The notes beneath the pieces are model-generated. The model ran no database searches and was not told the DNA's origin. It saw only the letters and a list, made by a program, of their open reading frames with translations. Below are positions 1 through 15,045 of a DNA stretch of 64,000 nt, piece by piece. The number at the start of each line of letters is the position of its first letter. The stretch's first letter is position 1. The DNA comes from the human T2T-CHM13v2.0 reference genome, Homo sapiens, in the NCBI RefSeq assembly GCF_009914755.1, contig NC_060932.1. The stretch is one strand, 5' to 3'. The position numbers and the translations under genes were made by a program.

Positions 1-1004
1 TCACTTCTCTTATTTCTGGGACCTCCCAGATGCCTAAGAGGTGACAGCCAAGGGGGTGACACTCAGGAAGAGCTGAGACCCTTAAGCCTTCTACGCACTA
101 TCTTAATGCATGTTTACCCCTCCATCCCAACTCCTGAGATGGGAAGGCTTATAGTGTGGGGCAGTGGGGCTGCGCCAGCCGGGAGTTGATGTGTAACGTG
201 AACAAGATACAGCCAAGGTGAGCAGTGGCAAGGCCAGCGCGCTCACACAACACGGTTCTCGCCAGTCAACTTCTCCCGTGGTGTCGGTAGGGCAGGTGGG
301 TGGCTCAGGATCACAGGGAAAACAAGGGGGTCGATGACTAGAGCCAAGCCTTGGAAAGGGACTTCTGTTCTGCTTTCCAAGCAGCAATGCTCGCATCAGA
401 CAGGAGATAGTCACACCCCTCTTTTTTCCATCCTAGACATCAAACAGACAAAATGGTACCAGTGACAGATTAATATTCAAAGGCCATCTTGATCCTTCTA
501 GACCCGTCAAATACAATAAGGAGCATCCCCCGTGTTTAGCCCCATGGAGGAGGGAACTTATTTTGCAATGAGATTTCGTTTTCAACCAATCCTAGTAACC
601 GGCCTTCCAGAGCTGGAGCTCCCTTAGAAACCCAGCCTCATTCCACCGCTGTCTCATAGATGAGACCCTCTGAGGAGACGCTCAAAACAGGGAAGGAGGC
701 GAAAACGGGGCCACCCAAGGGTTATGAGGATGAAATCACGACGACAGCAACACTGTTGAGTGCTCAGTGTACGCTGGACACCTGCATTAGCTCATTGACT
801 CTGCACTCGGTGGTGCCCCCTTTCATAGGTATGGAAAAAGGCACATGCAGGGTGCCCACCCTGCTGGAATCAGCCCTCAGGTCATGGAGCCTGTTCCCTG
901 TCTGTCCAGGAAGCAACCCCGAGGCCCTGGCTCTTGTCCTCCCACCTCCCAAACTGCCCCAAAGGGGTGAGGAAAAGAGCTTCTAGATGATTCTAACCCC
1001 ACCT

Positions 1005-1235
1005 CTATAACCGCAAGCTGTGAGATCCTCGGGAAACACTTCGACCTCATGAGGCTCAGTTTTCTAATCTGAAAAATGAGAATATTAACCATAGACAACT
1101 GCCACTCACTGAACACCAGCTGCAGTAGAGCCGAGCATACATGTAATCCTCACCGCAACCATAGGAGCTGGATCCTGACATCCCCATCTCACAGAGGAGG
1201 AGACTGAGGTTAATGACGTGGCAAATATCCACAAT
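1005..1235. mobile_element. MIR fragments (both orientations)
   Basis: gctgtgagatcctcgggaaacac...ctcagttttctaatctgaaaaatgag, and cccatctcacagaggaggagactgagg. Confidence 0.7.
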
Positions 1236-2168
1236 GACAGTTTCTGCAAGTCTTTCCTAGTGCAATCACCCACAACCACAGCCCTAGAAAGAAGGATGAA
1301 CACTCTTCCACAGAGGCTGGCACGCACCTTAAGGCAGGTGCCCACTGGAACCCTGTCTGTGGTGTCAAGGATTTTACAGTTGACCTTGAAGACCACCTAG
1401 TCCAAAGCTCTCATTGTACAAAAAGCCAAGCCCAGAGGTCACACAAAGCTTTGGACCTGAGCCTCTGGGCCCCGCGGTCTGGAAAGTGCTCCTTTCTCTG
1501 CATGCTACGGGGCTATCAACTTGAGCTGGTCCAGTCTGCAGATCTACATCCTGCCCGCCTGAGCAGAGGCGGGTGTGGGACCAGTGCGGATCTCCACGAT
1601 TTGTCAGCCCATCCTGATAAGTCTGAGGCTCTGACCATCATATCTCATCACAGCATCATTAGGATTACAAGTGCCATGCGGTAGAAGAGGAAGGGAAACA
1701 CGAACAAAAGGATGAGAAATTAAGCCCATTTCACCCGGAAAAGATGACTCTGATTTATTGCTCTATAGCAGCTGACGATGGCCTGTCAGAGAAATTCTGT
1801 GTTGAAAATAAAGAATAAAAATCACCCAGAGTTGTTTTGCCACACATCCAAATTAGAAAATGCTACTCTCCGGATGATTTATGCTTCAATTTTTTCCCTT
1901 ATTCACAGAGAATTTGTCCAGCATTACAAGAGCACCTAAGAGCAATAATACAATTCAAAAGGAGATAGAAGAGGCCGCAGAGGTGTTGATGTGCGGCTGA
2001 GGGCGGGGTGCTGGCCCAAAGGCAGGGCTTTGGTGCTCAGAAGCATTGACCTTACAGGGAGGAACAAGGAGAAACCAGCCAGGCAGGCCCCGCAGGCAGC
2101 CCACAGAGCCACTTCGCCGTGCAGCCGAGGGAGTCCCGCACCACGGGGCCTCGCTCAGGGTAGCCACC

Positions 2169-2658
<490 letters not shown>

Positions 2659-4065
2659 GCACTGTCATGCAGGGCAGGGTCCCAAGGCCCCAGCCAACCT
2701 CTCGTTGACATGTAATGTAAGAAGATGTCAACTCATGCTTATAGTCACTGACATTTAGGAATAGTCTGTTACCACAGCATAAGCTGGTAAAAAAAAAAAA
2801 AAAATCATACAGCTCTTCTTCCCGGAACGCCCCTGCACCTCTGCTCCGGTGCACAAATGCTTTCTCTTCAAGGCATGGCGCAAAAAAGCCACTACTTCCA
2901 GAAGCATCTCCTCATTCCCCGCCGGGAGCAACATCTCTCTTCTCGAGACCCCAGCCCCTCCGCTGTCTACCCATGGACTTCCTCAGTGTTTGTTTTTTGC
3001 ATGATTCTTTGTGACCAAGCTGTTTCTCCAGCTGCCTTGAGGACATGCCCTAGGGAACAGTGCTCTGAATCGTACCTGGATTCTGTGCCTACCTGCTCCA
3101 TCTAAAGCAGAAAACTCCACAACTAAGATCTCTTCTAACATTTAAGGAATAGAGCCTAATTAGCGCATGAATACGTGTTGAACTGTGAATGAATCAATGA
3201 GTATGGAAACTACATTATACGCAGTGCTGATAGAACCAAGTTGCCAAGGGAGATATCATCTCTCCTGCAGGAAGGAAGTCCTGCCTCCCACTGATCCACT
3301 CAGCGCACAGCCTTGAACAAAACAGAGCAAGAGTTATAACCTTCAGATGTGGGGGCAGAATAGGACCCATTTGGGCAGACACAGGCCACGGAAACCACAG
3401 GGCCAGCGTCTTGAGCCCTCGATCAGACGCCTCCCGCCCACCGCGGCCGCTTCTCCACGCTTTTGCCCAGATCTCTGCACCGCGTGGCCCGGTCTTGCCT
3501 CCCTGAGGACCACACTGGCTGCAACCCAAACTCGACTCTTCTACTTACACTTGCTCAGCATTTTTGTCATCCCTGCCCTTGGCCAATCCCTGTCTTGGTT
3601 TCTGCTCTTCCCACACAAAGTTTTGGGAATCAATTCATACATATTTGAGATTAACCAAAGTCCATGATCAGTTCTGGACCGCTATGGATTCCAGATCCAC
3701 CTTACGTAGCCGTGTGAGCTCCGGTAAATTACATAACCCATCAAATTTCTTTATCTATAAAGCAGCAACAATAATGTCACGAAGGATTAAGGTAAAGATG
3801 AGAAATAGTATAGCAAAAGCATCTACTATGCTATGTGGTTGCTAGTAGGTGTCATCTATTATTTATAAACCTACATGATCGTAATACCATCCTGTCCATA
3901 TTTCTCCATCCTTAGCTGCTACTACGTTATAGAAACCTCTGTGAGAAGTTATACTCAGCAGAATTCATTTTTGAAAACAAATTTTTTGTAAAACAGGTTA
4001 AGCTATGTGATTGCCTTCATTCATTCAACAAAATGCTTTGTGTGCCGACACTAACAGCCACTGTT

Positions 4066-4182
4066 TTAGGCAAATGTGGTTGAATCCCTGACTTCAAGTC
4101 CAATCAGAGAGAGACAGAGAGATTAGGCAAATGTGGCTGAATCCCTGACTTCAAGTCCAGTCAGAGAGAGAGAGAGAGAGAG
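4066..4182. repeat. 57-bp tandem duplication ending in (GA)n, in an L2-like 3' end
   Basis: ttaggcaaatgtgg(t/c)tgaatccctgacttcaagtcca(a/g)tcagagagag at 4066 and 4123. Confidence 0.9.
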
Positions 4183-6497
4183 AAGATGAGAGTAGCTGTA
4201 CGCACAGCAGGAGCGTGCACAGGCTACCTGGCAGGGGTGTCTCCTGTCATTACAGTTAGCAGTGACAATAATGACAAATATTCTACCACCATCAATGACA
4301 ATTTGCACAGACAATGGAAAACCTGGGCTCTTGAAACTTCATTCTTCCAATCTCTTGTAGGCCATGCACTGCTGACTGGCTTTCCTGGTGCTATTTCAGT
4401 GGTACTCATAGTGTAGAGAGAGTTTTTTACTTAATGATCAGCCCCTGTCTGAGTCATCACTTCTAAACCGCTCAGCAATTCTCTTTCAATCCTCTTCCAC
4501 CTTCAGGAAACTGCCTTCCATCCGCCGAGGAATCTCCAGGCTGCACATGTGGCCACAGGAGGCCCCATCCCTGCAGACTGGGGAAGGCGCGCCCTTCTGA
4601 TCTTGCAAGTAGACACATGGGGCCCAATCGCAAGGGTTCCTCGGTCAGTGTTCGCTCAGATAGGGGACATGGCTCTGGGCAGGACAGCGCTGGCCAAAGG
4701 ACGAAGTGACTGACCTGCAGCCACTCAGACTCTCAGACTTGAGATAGGAGCCCCAGCACTGCCAAGTCCTACTTGTGGGCTGGGTCAAACCAGGTTAGCT
4801 TTCCGAGGTCTTGCCAGGACACCTGCTTCCCAGGCTTGTTGTGAGAATTAGGCAAGACAATGTTCACAGAGTCTCTGGTACATCACACGGAGAAGACAGA
4901 GGACCACAGGTATTCCCTAGGAGACCTGTCACTTCACTGCTCAGGATTTCAGCCCCTCCCGGTACGTGATCTCATGGGAGCCCCGAAAGACCAGACAAGA
5001 CATCACCGTGCAAGAGAAGGTGCATGGTGAATGAAAGCCTACTGATGTCTGCATGCAGGACCTTCTGTCCTAGAACCCCAAAATGGTAGACTCGGGGGTT
5101 CTTCAATGTAGTGGCTGCCAGGGAAGGAGAGGGGAAAGATTTCTAAAAAATTACACGTGCTTTTGTGTTTGGGAGCTCTCGCGTATCCTGTCTGCTTCTC
5201 AGGGTTACAGGGTGACCTGCCAGCTCTGAGACCTTTGACTATTTCCTCACCTCTCTGGGTCTCAATTTCCTCATCTATAAAATAAGAAAAAACGTCTATC
5301 CCATGACGTTCTTACAGGAATTCAATGAGAGAGAATGGACTGCGTGTGCAGACAGTCCCAGGCAAGTCCATGACCAGTGTGTTTGAGTCCTCCCCTCCCT
5401 TTCTAGCTCCTTGCCTATAAAAAAGAGAGAAGAGGATGGTATCTAGCTTCCTTCCCAGAGCTCCAAGCTGGGAAACAGGGATATGATATGATATGGCATT
5501 TTTGTGAAAAGCATCTCTTAGTTAAAATATGCTTCTTCAGTCTTTGCTTTTTTTTTTTTTTTTTTTACATTTGTTCTAAGCTCAACTTATTTGCCGTATG
5601 AACTCGGGCAAGTCACTTGATGACAGTAACAAAAGAATTATTTTGCTATTATAGCCTACCATTATTTAGTGTTTTACAATTTAACACAACTTCAGAACAA
5701 TCACCTCATTTCATCCATACAAGAACCCTTCCTCATTCACCGATGGGGAAACTGAGGCACACAGATGCCACACTAGTCACCCAAAGGGATGGAGCTGGAA
5801 ATGCAGTGTCAGGATGGCATGTGACCTTTCCTGCTCCAGTCCCACAATGGGGAAGCCTGCACCATGTGGGGAGGGCCACTCCTGCCCAGGGCTTGGGGAA
5901 CCTGGTGCGAGCACAGGCCTGGAGTGGCGTCACATGCTCACGCTGACCTCCACCTCACCTGCTCCACGCCTGTTGGCCTCTGAAGACTCTAAAACTCCTC
6001 ACCTGGATTCCCGGCATCCCTAACTCCGGCCCTTTTGAGATAGCGCCTACCAGAGCCCAGGAGCGCCACAGGCCAACAAACCGTCTAGCACGCACCATCA
6101 CAGCTCTTAGTCCTGCTGAAGGAGGATTTAGAGATGGAAAATCCCAAACACCTCCTAAAGTGATTTCCGAGGCAGGCAGTGCACTTCTTCATTCATAACA
6201 TGCATGCTGAGTGCCAGCTCTGCCAGGAGCACAAGGCCACATGCTATGAACACAAGGACAAAGGAAGCGCAGCCCCTGCAATCAGGCACAAATGGTGAGT
6301 GGGGAGGTCGACACCTATATGCGGAGCTGTGGCAGACGCTGTACCAGAGCTGGGAGCCCATCCAGTGGGAGCATGGGGAAGTCACTCGGCTTAGAGCCTT
6401 CTAAAGGTAGAGCAGAGCCACTAGGCCCCTGAGCAAGGGCAGGGCACCCCAGGACGAGGACTGAGAGCCGAAAGGTAAGTGTGTGGCACACACAGGA

Positions 6498-6965
6498 CGA
6501 GTGGGCACTGAGTATGGTGATAAAGCAGGGAGAGAATGGGGGAGCGGGCACCACAGTGTGGTATAAAGCATGGGGAGAGTGGGGAGTGGGGACTGCAGTG
6601 TGGTATAAAGCAGGGAGAGAATAGGGGAGTGGGCACTGCAGTGTGGTATAAAGCATGGAGAGAGTGGGGAGTGGGCACTGCAGTGTGGTATAAAGCATGG
6701 AGAGAGTGGGCGAGTGGGCACTGCAGTGTGGTATAAAGCATGGAGAGAGTGGGGAGTGGGCACTGCAGTGTGGTATAAAGCATGGAGAGAGTGGGCGAGT
6801 GGGCACTGCAGTGTGGTATAAAGCATGGAGAGAGTGGGCGAGTGGGCACTGCAGTGTGGTATAAAGCATGGAGAGAGTGGGGAGTGGGCACTGCAGTGTG
6901 GTATAAAGCATGGAGAGAGTGGGGAGTGGGCACTGCAGTGTGGTATAAAGCATGGAGAGAGTGGA
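6498..6965. repeat. Minisatellite/VNTR, ~11 copies of a 42/43-bp unit gtgggcactgcagtgtggtataaagcatggagagagtggg(g/cg)a
   Basis: gtataaagca recurs at 6561, 6603, 6646, 6688, 6731, 6773, 6816, 6859, 6901 and 6943. The first copies are degenerate. Confidence 0.97.
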
Positions 6966-8070
6966 GCTGGACTTCAGGCTGGAGGGGAGCAAAGTCAGAC
7001 CATACCTTGCTGCATCCCAGGAGGGGGCTGCTTTAGCCCCCTGTGTCTACAGGACATTGCATTGTGTTCTTGAAGAGTAACAGTAAAAGCTCTTTTTATA
7101 TTATGAGAAGAGGCACAGAAGAGTGAACACAAAACGATCCCAATTTGGTGTGAATGAAGTAAAGTAGACACAGATAGCAATATGGGTGCGGGCCCAGAGA
7201 GGGAGGTATTCTCTCTGGATGCTGGGATTCCGTGTCATCCAAACATTATTTTCTCCATACTTTTCCTTCTTTTCTAAAATGAACACATGTTATTTTTGTG
7301 GGTTGGACTGACATCTCAAAGAAGAAAAGAAATCCCCTTCCTAGGAGCCCAAGGCGCTGCGGGGACAGCGCTGGGGGCAGCGGCTTCAGGAGCAGGCGGA
7401 GGCTGGAGGGCCGAGGTGGCAGGGCCGGTGCTGGGGCCAGTGGGGCCAGGAGAGAGGGAGGATCAATGTAAGCCAACAGAGAGACCAGCGTCGTCCACAC
7501 TGGAGGCAGCAAGGAGAGGAAGGGAAGAGAATTAGAATGAGGCGGTTCTGGAAGTGCTCCTGGCAGACGGCAGGGCAGTGAATGAAAACACTTGGAAGGC
7601 GCAGTGTGAAGCGGAAATGCGGACGCAAATGTCACGTATTATTACCGCTGCCGCCACGGTTTCTAATCGCGTTAAACATGGGTAATGAAGCCTTCTCTGG
7701 CCAGCGCTTGACAAAGCCATCGCTGAGCAGCTGCCACCAGGGCTCCACACACGCTCTGGTGCCCGCTGTGGCTCAGGACGCCGACAGGTGAAATGCATTA
7801 CCAGATGCACAGAGACACCTCCTCAGTGGCCCTGAGTCTTCGGGGATTTGAAAACAGAGTTCTCCTTGTGGGAGATCAACTCAGCCAGAAAAATCTTTTG
7901 GGTGTCTGGCTTAATACTGAAAATGCCACAACCATTGAAATATGAATAGGATAATGTCTGTAATGATATGAAATTGACAATTAGGGATAAGAAATACATT
8001 CCTGCATTGAAACAATAAAGCAGCAGCCTCTCTCCACCCATGGCTTCCTGGCAGGTCTTTGGGAACCTGA

Positions 8071-8460
<390 letters not shown>

Positions 8461-8519
8461 AGAAACAGTCTATGTTAAATGTGCAATTCCTTGAGACACA
8501 CAGAGCTATACCCGATTAA

Positions 8520-8820
<301 letters not shown>

Positions 8821-9679
8821 CCGATTAATTTTTTAAGGCCAAAGGAGAGAAATAAGACAATTGAATAAAGTGCCATGTCCTCAGATTCAGCTCCTCCATT
8901 CCTCCCTGCCACTTGACAGACAGGAGGGAATGCCCACTGTTCTCCAGGCGACAGGCACCAGGACACAAGGGCCATTCAAACATGACTTGTACTCAAAGAA
9001 CTGGCCAGACAAGTGAGCAGGCAACTCCACCATACTTCGCTAAGGGCTATATTTGGGGGACATTTGCCATGGGAGCCAGAGAATGGGTAAAAGCCCAGAG
9101 TCCAAGGAAGGTCCTGGAAGAGATAACACCTCTGCTGGACACCGGGGTCTGGAGAGGTCAAGGAGCATAGGAGCCAGGGCCCTGCGGTGAGTGGACAACA
9201 CACAGCAAGAGGCGTGGCGGGCAGGTGCCAGCACCCGAGAGGGGGCCGGGAAGCGGGGCGAGCCAGAGAGGGCAGCCCCTGGCGAGTGAGGAAACTCCAG
9301 AAGGAGGTGGTCCAGCACGCCGCATGGGGCTAAAAGGACAGAGCCTCCCCAACCGAGACCCTCAGCCCACCCTCCCAGTCCCCATTCCCAGGGCAGGATC
9401 TGCTCCCAACCCGTCCAGGTCCACAAAGGCTCCTGTTTGAAGCTGCAGGCCTGCAGGTGTGGGAAGCACCCCTGTCGTGGGGCTGATGTGCATCCTGGCA
9501 GCCCCGTGTCCCAGGCCACCCCGTCGCTGGGGGCTCTGTGCCTCCCTCTGGTCCTTTTCAGCAAGTGCTCCCACCTTCTGTGGCTCCACAACAGCCTGGT
9601 CACATCTGATCATGGCTTATTCAGTATTGCCCAAAACAGTTTCAGTTCCTAAGTCCTAGAATTGGAAAGAAATCTCTAA

Positions 9680-9975
9680 GTTCAGAATGGCAACAAAAAT
9701 GCCTCCAGGGCCCAGGAAGAGAGGGAGGCTGGTGCAGAGGCAGGTGCAGGTCTCATCTGCGGGAAAGGCCTGCCCCTCTGGCAGCCAGGCCACAGCATGC
9801 GGCTCTGCACAGCTCCAGCTCCTGATCTCTCGAGAGAACCAGAAACGAGATTGAATCTGAAATTCCTATATTTTTACAATGACAGCTTAATTTGTTGTTT
9901 CTTTTTTCACCCTAGGCAGCCCAAATATACCTGCGAGCTGGACTGGGCCTGCTGGCCACACGTCTGGGATTCCCG
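9680..9975. mobile_element. Probable hAT-Charlie MITE relic
   Basis: Ends in tgcgagctggactgggcctgctggccac..., resembling the ggccggatttggcccgcgggcc terminus of Charlie MITEs. Confidence 0.4.
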
Positions 9976-12912
9976 TCGTTTGGTTGGAACACATCATCAT
10001 CAGTTCCCCTCACCCCTGTCTTACAGGATCCGCCACGGCCTCCACCCTCAGACACAAGGAGCGCAGGTGGGTTACTGCCCCCAAGTCTCTCTTACTTCTG
10101 AACAGTTCTGGCAGTCAAGTTTTTCTTAATACATCTTCTCCACCATCTCTCTAGACACTGACACAAATTACTAGACAGAGAAACAGGGAAGACATCAGAT
10201 ACTGAAGTTTGTGTTAATTGGGGAGTTTTTGCTATGCTCTATTCCAACAAATATTATCATCGTCATCATCTTCATTTTCAATTTCATACTGTGAAAAACC
10301 TCATAGTGCCAGAAGGAATGAAATGAAACATAATGAAATGGGGGGGATTTTAAAAATTGAAAAGCAAATGAATCAGACACATAGCTAGAGTATATCTGCT
10401 CCCTCCTTGCAGAGGCAGGACGTGGAGAGCGGCAGCCCCAGACTCAGCAGAGTCACAGGCCTGGGCTCAAAGGTGCAGAGGGGCCGGCAGGGACACAGGG
10501 CAGGGGCCACGCTCCAGCTAGGCCAATGGCAGCTCCACTGTCACCCACAGAACTTCCTCCAAGAAGCTATGACCAAATCAGCCAGAGAGGAGCCACAGGC
10601 ACCTTGGCCAACGTCCCTCTTCCTCCTTCCCCACCTCATGGCCGTACAGAGCTTTGGAAATTAGGAGCCAACCACAGCAGAGGTGGCTGGAACCCTAGGG
10701 AGGGATGAATTCACTCTTCCACACAGAGGGAGGCTGAGTTCCGGCAGGGCGCTGGGCCAGGGTGAAGGGGAGCTGGGGAAGGGGACAAGGCTGTGGGTGT
10801 CCCCAGGCATCTGCGATAGTAAAGTGCATAAGCCGGGCACCCACAGCAGCCTATGAAGGGGGGTTGGGGTAGCATCTCCCATCACTGTCCTCACTGGGAC
10901 ATACCTGGGGTGGACCCACATGATTGGTTCTGTGGCAGGCCCAGAACCCCTTGGCATGGGCAAATGGAAATGCCTGTCTGGGCCTCAGCTGCAGACACTG
11001 AAGAACAGGGCAGCAGAGCCTTGGGCAGGCACGATTGGCTAGTCTTCAGAGCGGGTGGGCATCCTCCCCGGCCCTCAGCCTTCACAGGAGGCTGCCAGGT
11101 GAGAAGGGTGCAGTCCACATGCACCATGACCAGGACCCTGGGGCTGCAGAAGCCTCACAGGGAAACAACAGAGGCCGTCAGAGCAGAAGTAGTTTGTCCA
11201 CTTCCCTGGAGGGCCGGCAGCCCCTAGCCAGGAAGTGGGGCTGAGATGCTGCCCCAATGCCCAGAAGTGAGGATTCAGGGTGGGGCCCTCTTACTGTAGG
11301 AAGAGGCTGTGCTCTCAGTTGCAAGACTAGAAGAGTAGGAGTGAAAATGGGACACAGAGGGCCCAGTATGGCAGGAGGGCAGGCCAGGGGCTGGCAGGAG
11401 GGCAGTCAGTGCCCTCATCCTGTTTAGCCTTAACAAAGGCAGAGAGAGACTGTGCCAAGTGGTAACATCACCATCCAATTCAACAGCACAAGGAAAGGAA
11501 TTTTCCAAGGCTAGTCACAGGTATCTACAACAGACTGGTTTGCCCAGACAGCGTGACTGTAACTGTGGCAAGCCAGTGCTCCCAAACACGACAAATGCAA
11601 GCATTTCAGTGAAGGTCTCAGGGCAGGCTGGCCGAGCAGGAGGCAGGCTGGGCAGAGGGCATATTCCACTCTGCACCCCTGGGCTCAGTCTCTGGCCCAC
11701 ATGGGCTCCGGGCATGGGTTTGCCACACTGTTCTGCAAACTTCTTCCTAAGGCAAATGGGAGACAGTGCCAGAGCATATCTGAAGGAGCCCCATGGGGAG
11801 GGTCCGGCAGATCGGTGTGCAGGAAGGACAGGGACACATGAGGGTGTATGAAGAACACAGGCTCCAGAAGCAAACCCATCTGGGATGGAACCCAGCTCCC
11901 TCCACTAAGTCACCTACCTTCTCAAGCCTTAGTGTCCTTTTCTGTGTTTTACAAATTAAAAGACTCGCCTTACTGATTTGTGAACACTGAACTGGGCTGA
12001 CGGATATGAGAACACTTTGTGGACGGTGACTCGGGATGGTAATAACAGGGGGCGGCCACGTAGCAACCCTTCTCTAGTTCTCAGCAAGGGTGATGACATC
12101 TCCGCCTGCTGAGCACGAGGGTTCTCCCTCATTCTGGCATTTTACCTTCCTAGGGTCGGTTAAGGAATAGACACCCAATAGTTATTTATTGAATCCCTGG
12201 GCATTGACCCAACAAGTGTTCTTATTTGGATCAGAAATTTGGTCATTGGTCATTTTATTTTTAAAAAAATCATGAGAATCTTAAGAGCTTCTAATGGAGG
12301 CAAGATGCTAGAGACAGAATTTGAGAAAAACCATTCTCAAGACACCTGAGAAAAACCGTCATCCCCAGAACTTCTTATTGGTGCTTAATAGGTGTAACAA
12401 GAGTTCCACAGTCAGATAAACTGGGGAAGCGTGAAAGTTGGAAAAGTAGAAAAGTTCCAGTACATCTGAGCAAGCTCCAAAGCCTCCTGCAAATAATTAC
12501 TATAAATTCTGGACACATTTTTTTTTAATAAGCAACCTGAAGGCACTGGCAGGAAAAGAAAAACAGACATAGTCGAGAGAACAGAGAACAGACACCCGGA
12601 AGAAGGAAAACCACGGTGCCAGGTACCCTTCCTTTATGACTTCTTGTCTGAGGACAGGCCGAGTCAGCACCACGTGGAAACGAAAGCTCGGGGAGAGACT
12701 CTGCCATCTTCCTTGGCCAAAAAGTCTGAAGACAGAGTTTGGGGCAACCACAGCAAGGGAAAGGGAGGGAGAGTTCAGGAAAGGAGAGGGCCGAGAGCAG
12801 GAGTCCAGAATGTTGTACATAGAATCTGCCCAGAGCTTTGGCTTACTCCTGAACCTGGTGTGCATGGAGCAGAGTCAGTGAAGTCCAGCTAAGGAGAAAA
12901 GAACAAAACTGA

Positions 12913-13350
<438 letters not shown>

Positions 13351-14716
13351 TAAGATGACAATGTTCAGGATATAATTGAAAGTTAACTGACCTAAGAAGA
13401 ACCAAGAAACTGACCCATCCTTAAGAGAAAAGACACTCAATAAATTGACATCAATTTGAGAGAATACAGACGTTGCAATTAGCAGACAAAGATTTTTTAA
13501 GTTATTAAAACTATACTCCAGAACATTATTGAAAATACTGTGGCAATTCAGGAAAGAATAGGAAAACTCAGCAGACAGATAAAAATTACTTTAAAAAGTG
13601 GAAAAGCTAAAACTGAGAAATAGAGTATCTTTAATAAACAATGCATTGGATAGGCTTCACAGAAGAATGAAAGTGATGGAGGAAAGAATCAGTAGATAGA
13701 AGACAGGTCAAAGTAAGTCATCCAGTCTTAAGAAGACAGATAAATGAAACATGAGCAGCTAGGAAAAAAACAAAACAAAACAGAGCTTCAGGGACCTGTG
13801 GAACAATATCAAACATTCTAACATACCTGTCCTTGGAGGCACAAGAATGAGGCCGAAAAACACATGTGTTCAAAGAAGTCATAACCAGTATTTCCCCTAA
13901 TTTGGTGAAAAACATAAATGTATAATCTTAAGAACTTTGGCAAAACCCAAGCAGAATAAGGGAAAGGAACTTTCAACCAGAATTCTATATCCAATGAAAA
14001 TATCCCTCAGAAATGAAAGCAAAATAAAAACATTTCAGATTAAAGAAAACTAAAAGAAATTATCAACAGAAGTCTCCCTTTACAAGAAATGCTAGAAGAA
14101 AATTCTTGGAGTTACAGGAAACGAGTACCAGATGGAAATGAAACTTGGCTATTTAGGTAATAATGAAGACCATCAGAAATAGTAAATACTTGGGCAAATA
14201 TAAAATATTGTTTTCTTATTTATTTTAAATACAGATGACTTCTTAAAACATATCATTATCCTTGTGTGATTTATAATGTACATAGATCTGACACATTTGA
14301 CCACTATAGCTTCAATGACAGGGCTTAGACACAGGAACCGATGTGGTTGCAAATATTCTATATTTTATGTGAAATGACACAATAATAACTTTAAATAGAC
14401 CATGAAAATTAAGGTTGTGTATTGTAATCCCAACAGCAACCACTAAAAACATAAAGAGGTATAGGTAAAAAGCTGACAGATAAATTCATATGTGAATATG
14501 TAATTCATATATAAATACATACATATATGTTATATAGAATTAAATAATACAAAAGATGGCAGGAAAAGGGAAACAAATGAATAAAAAGCAGTGGGGTCAT
14601 TCAGGAAACAAGTATTAACATAGCAGACTTAAACCAAATACCAATAAATACCTGAAATATTAATAAATTAAATACTCTTAAAAGACAGAGATTGTTACAA
14701 TAGATTAAAAAAGCAC

Positions 14717-15045
14717 GCCAGCCATGGTGGCTCATGCCTGTAATCCCAGCACTTTGGGAGGCCAAGGTGGGCAGATCACCTGAGATCAGGAGTTTGAGAT
14801 CAGCGTGGCCAACATGGCGAAACCCTGTCTCTACTAAAAATACAAAAAATTAGCTGGGTGTGGTGGCATGCACCTGTAAAGCCAGCTACACAGGAGGCTG
14901 AGGCAAGAGAATCACTTGCACTCAGGAAGCGGAGGTTTCATTGAGCCAAGATCATGCCATTGTGCTCCAGCCTATGCGACAGAGTGAGACTCCATCTCAA
15001 AAATAATAATAATAAAGAAATAAATAGTAAAACAAAAAAATAAAA
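14717..15045 (+). mobile_element. Alu (AluS) within L1
   Basis: Alu consensus with an (aat)-type tail. Confidence 0.93.

Noticed and set aside
6315-7073. Long repetitive ORFs (225 aa, 170 aa, etc.) and a CRISPR-like appearance
   Set aside because: These are translations of the 42/43-bp VNTR. The units are contiguous with no unique spacers, and the context is eukaryotic with no cas genes.
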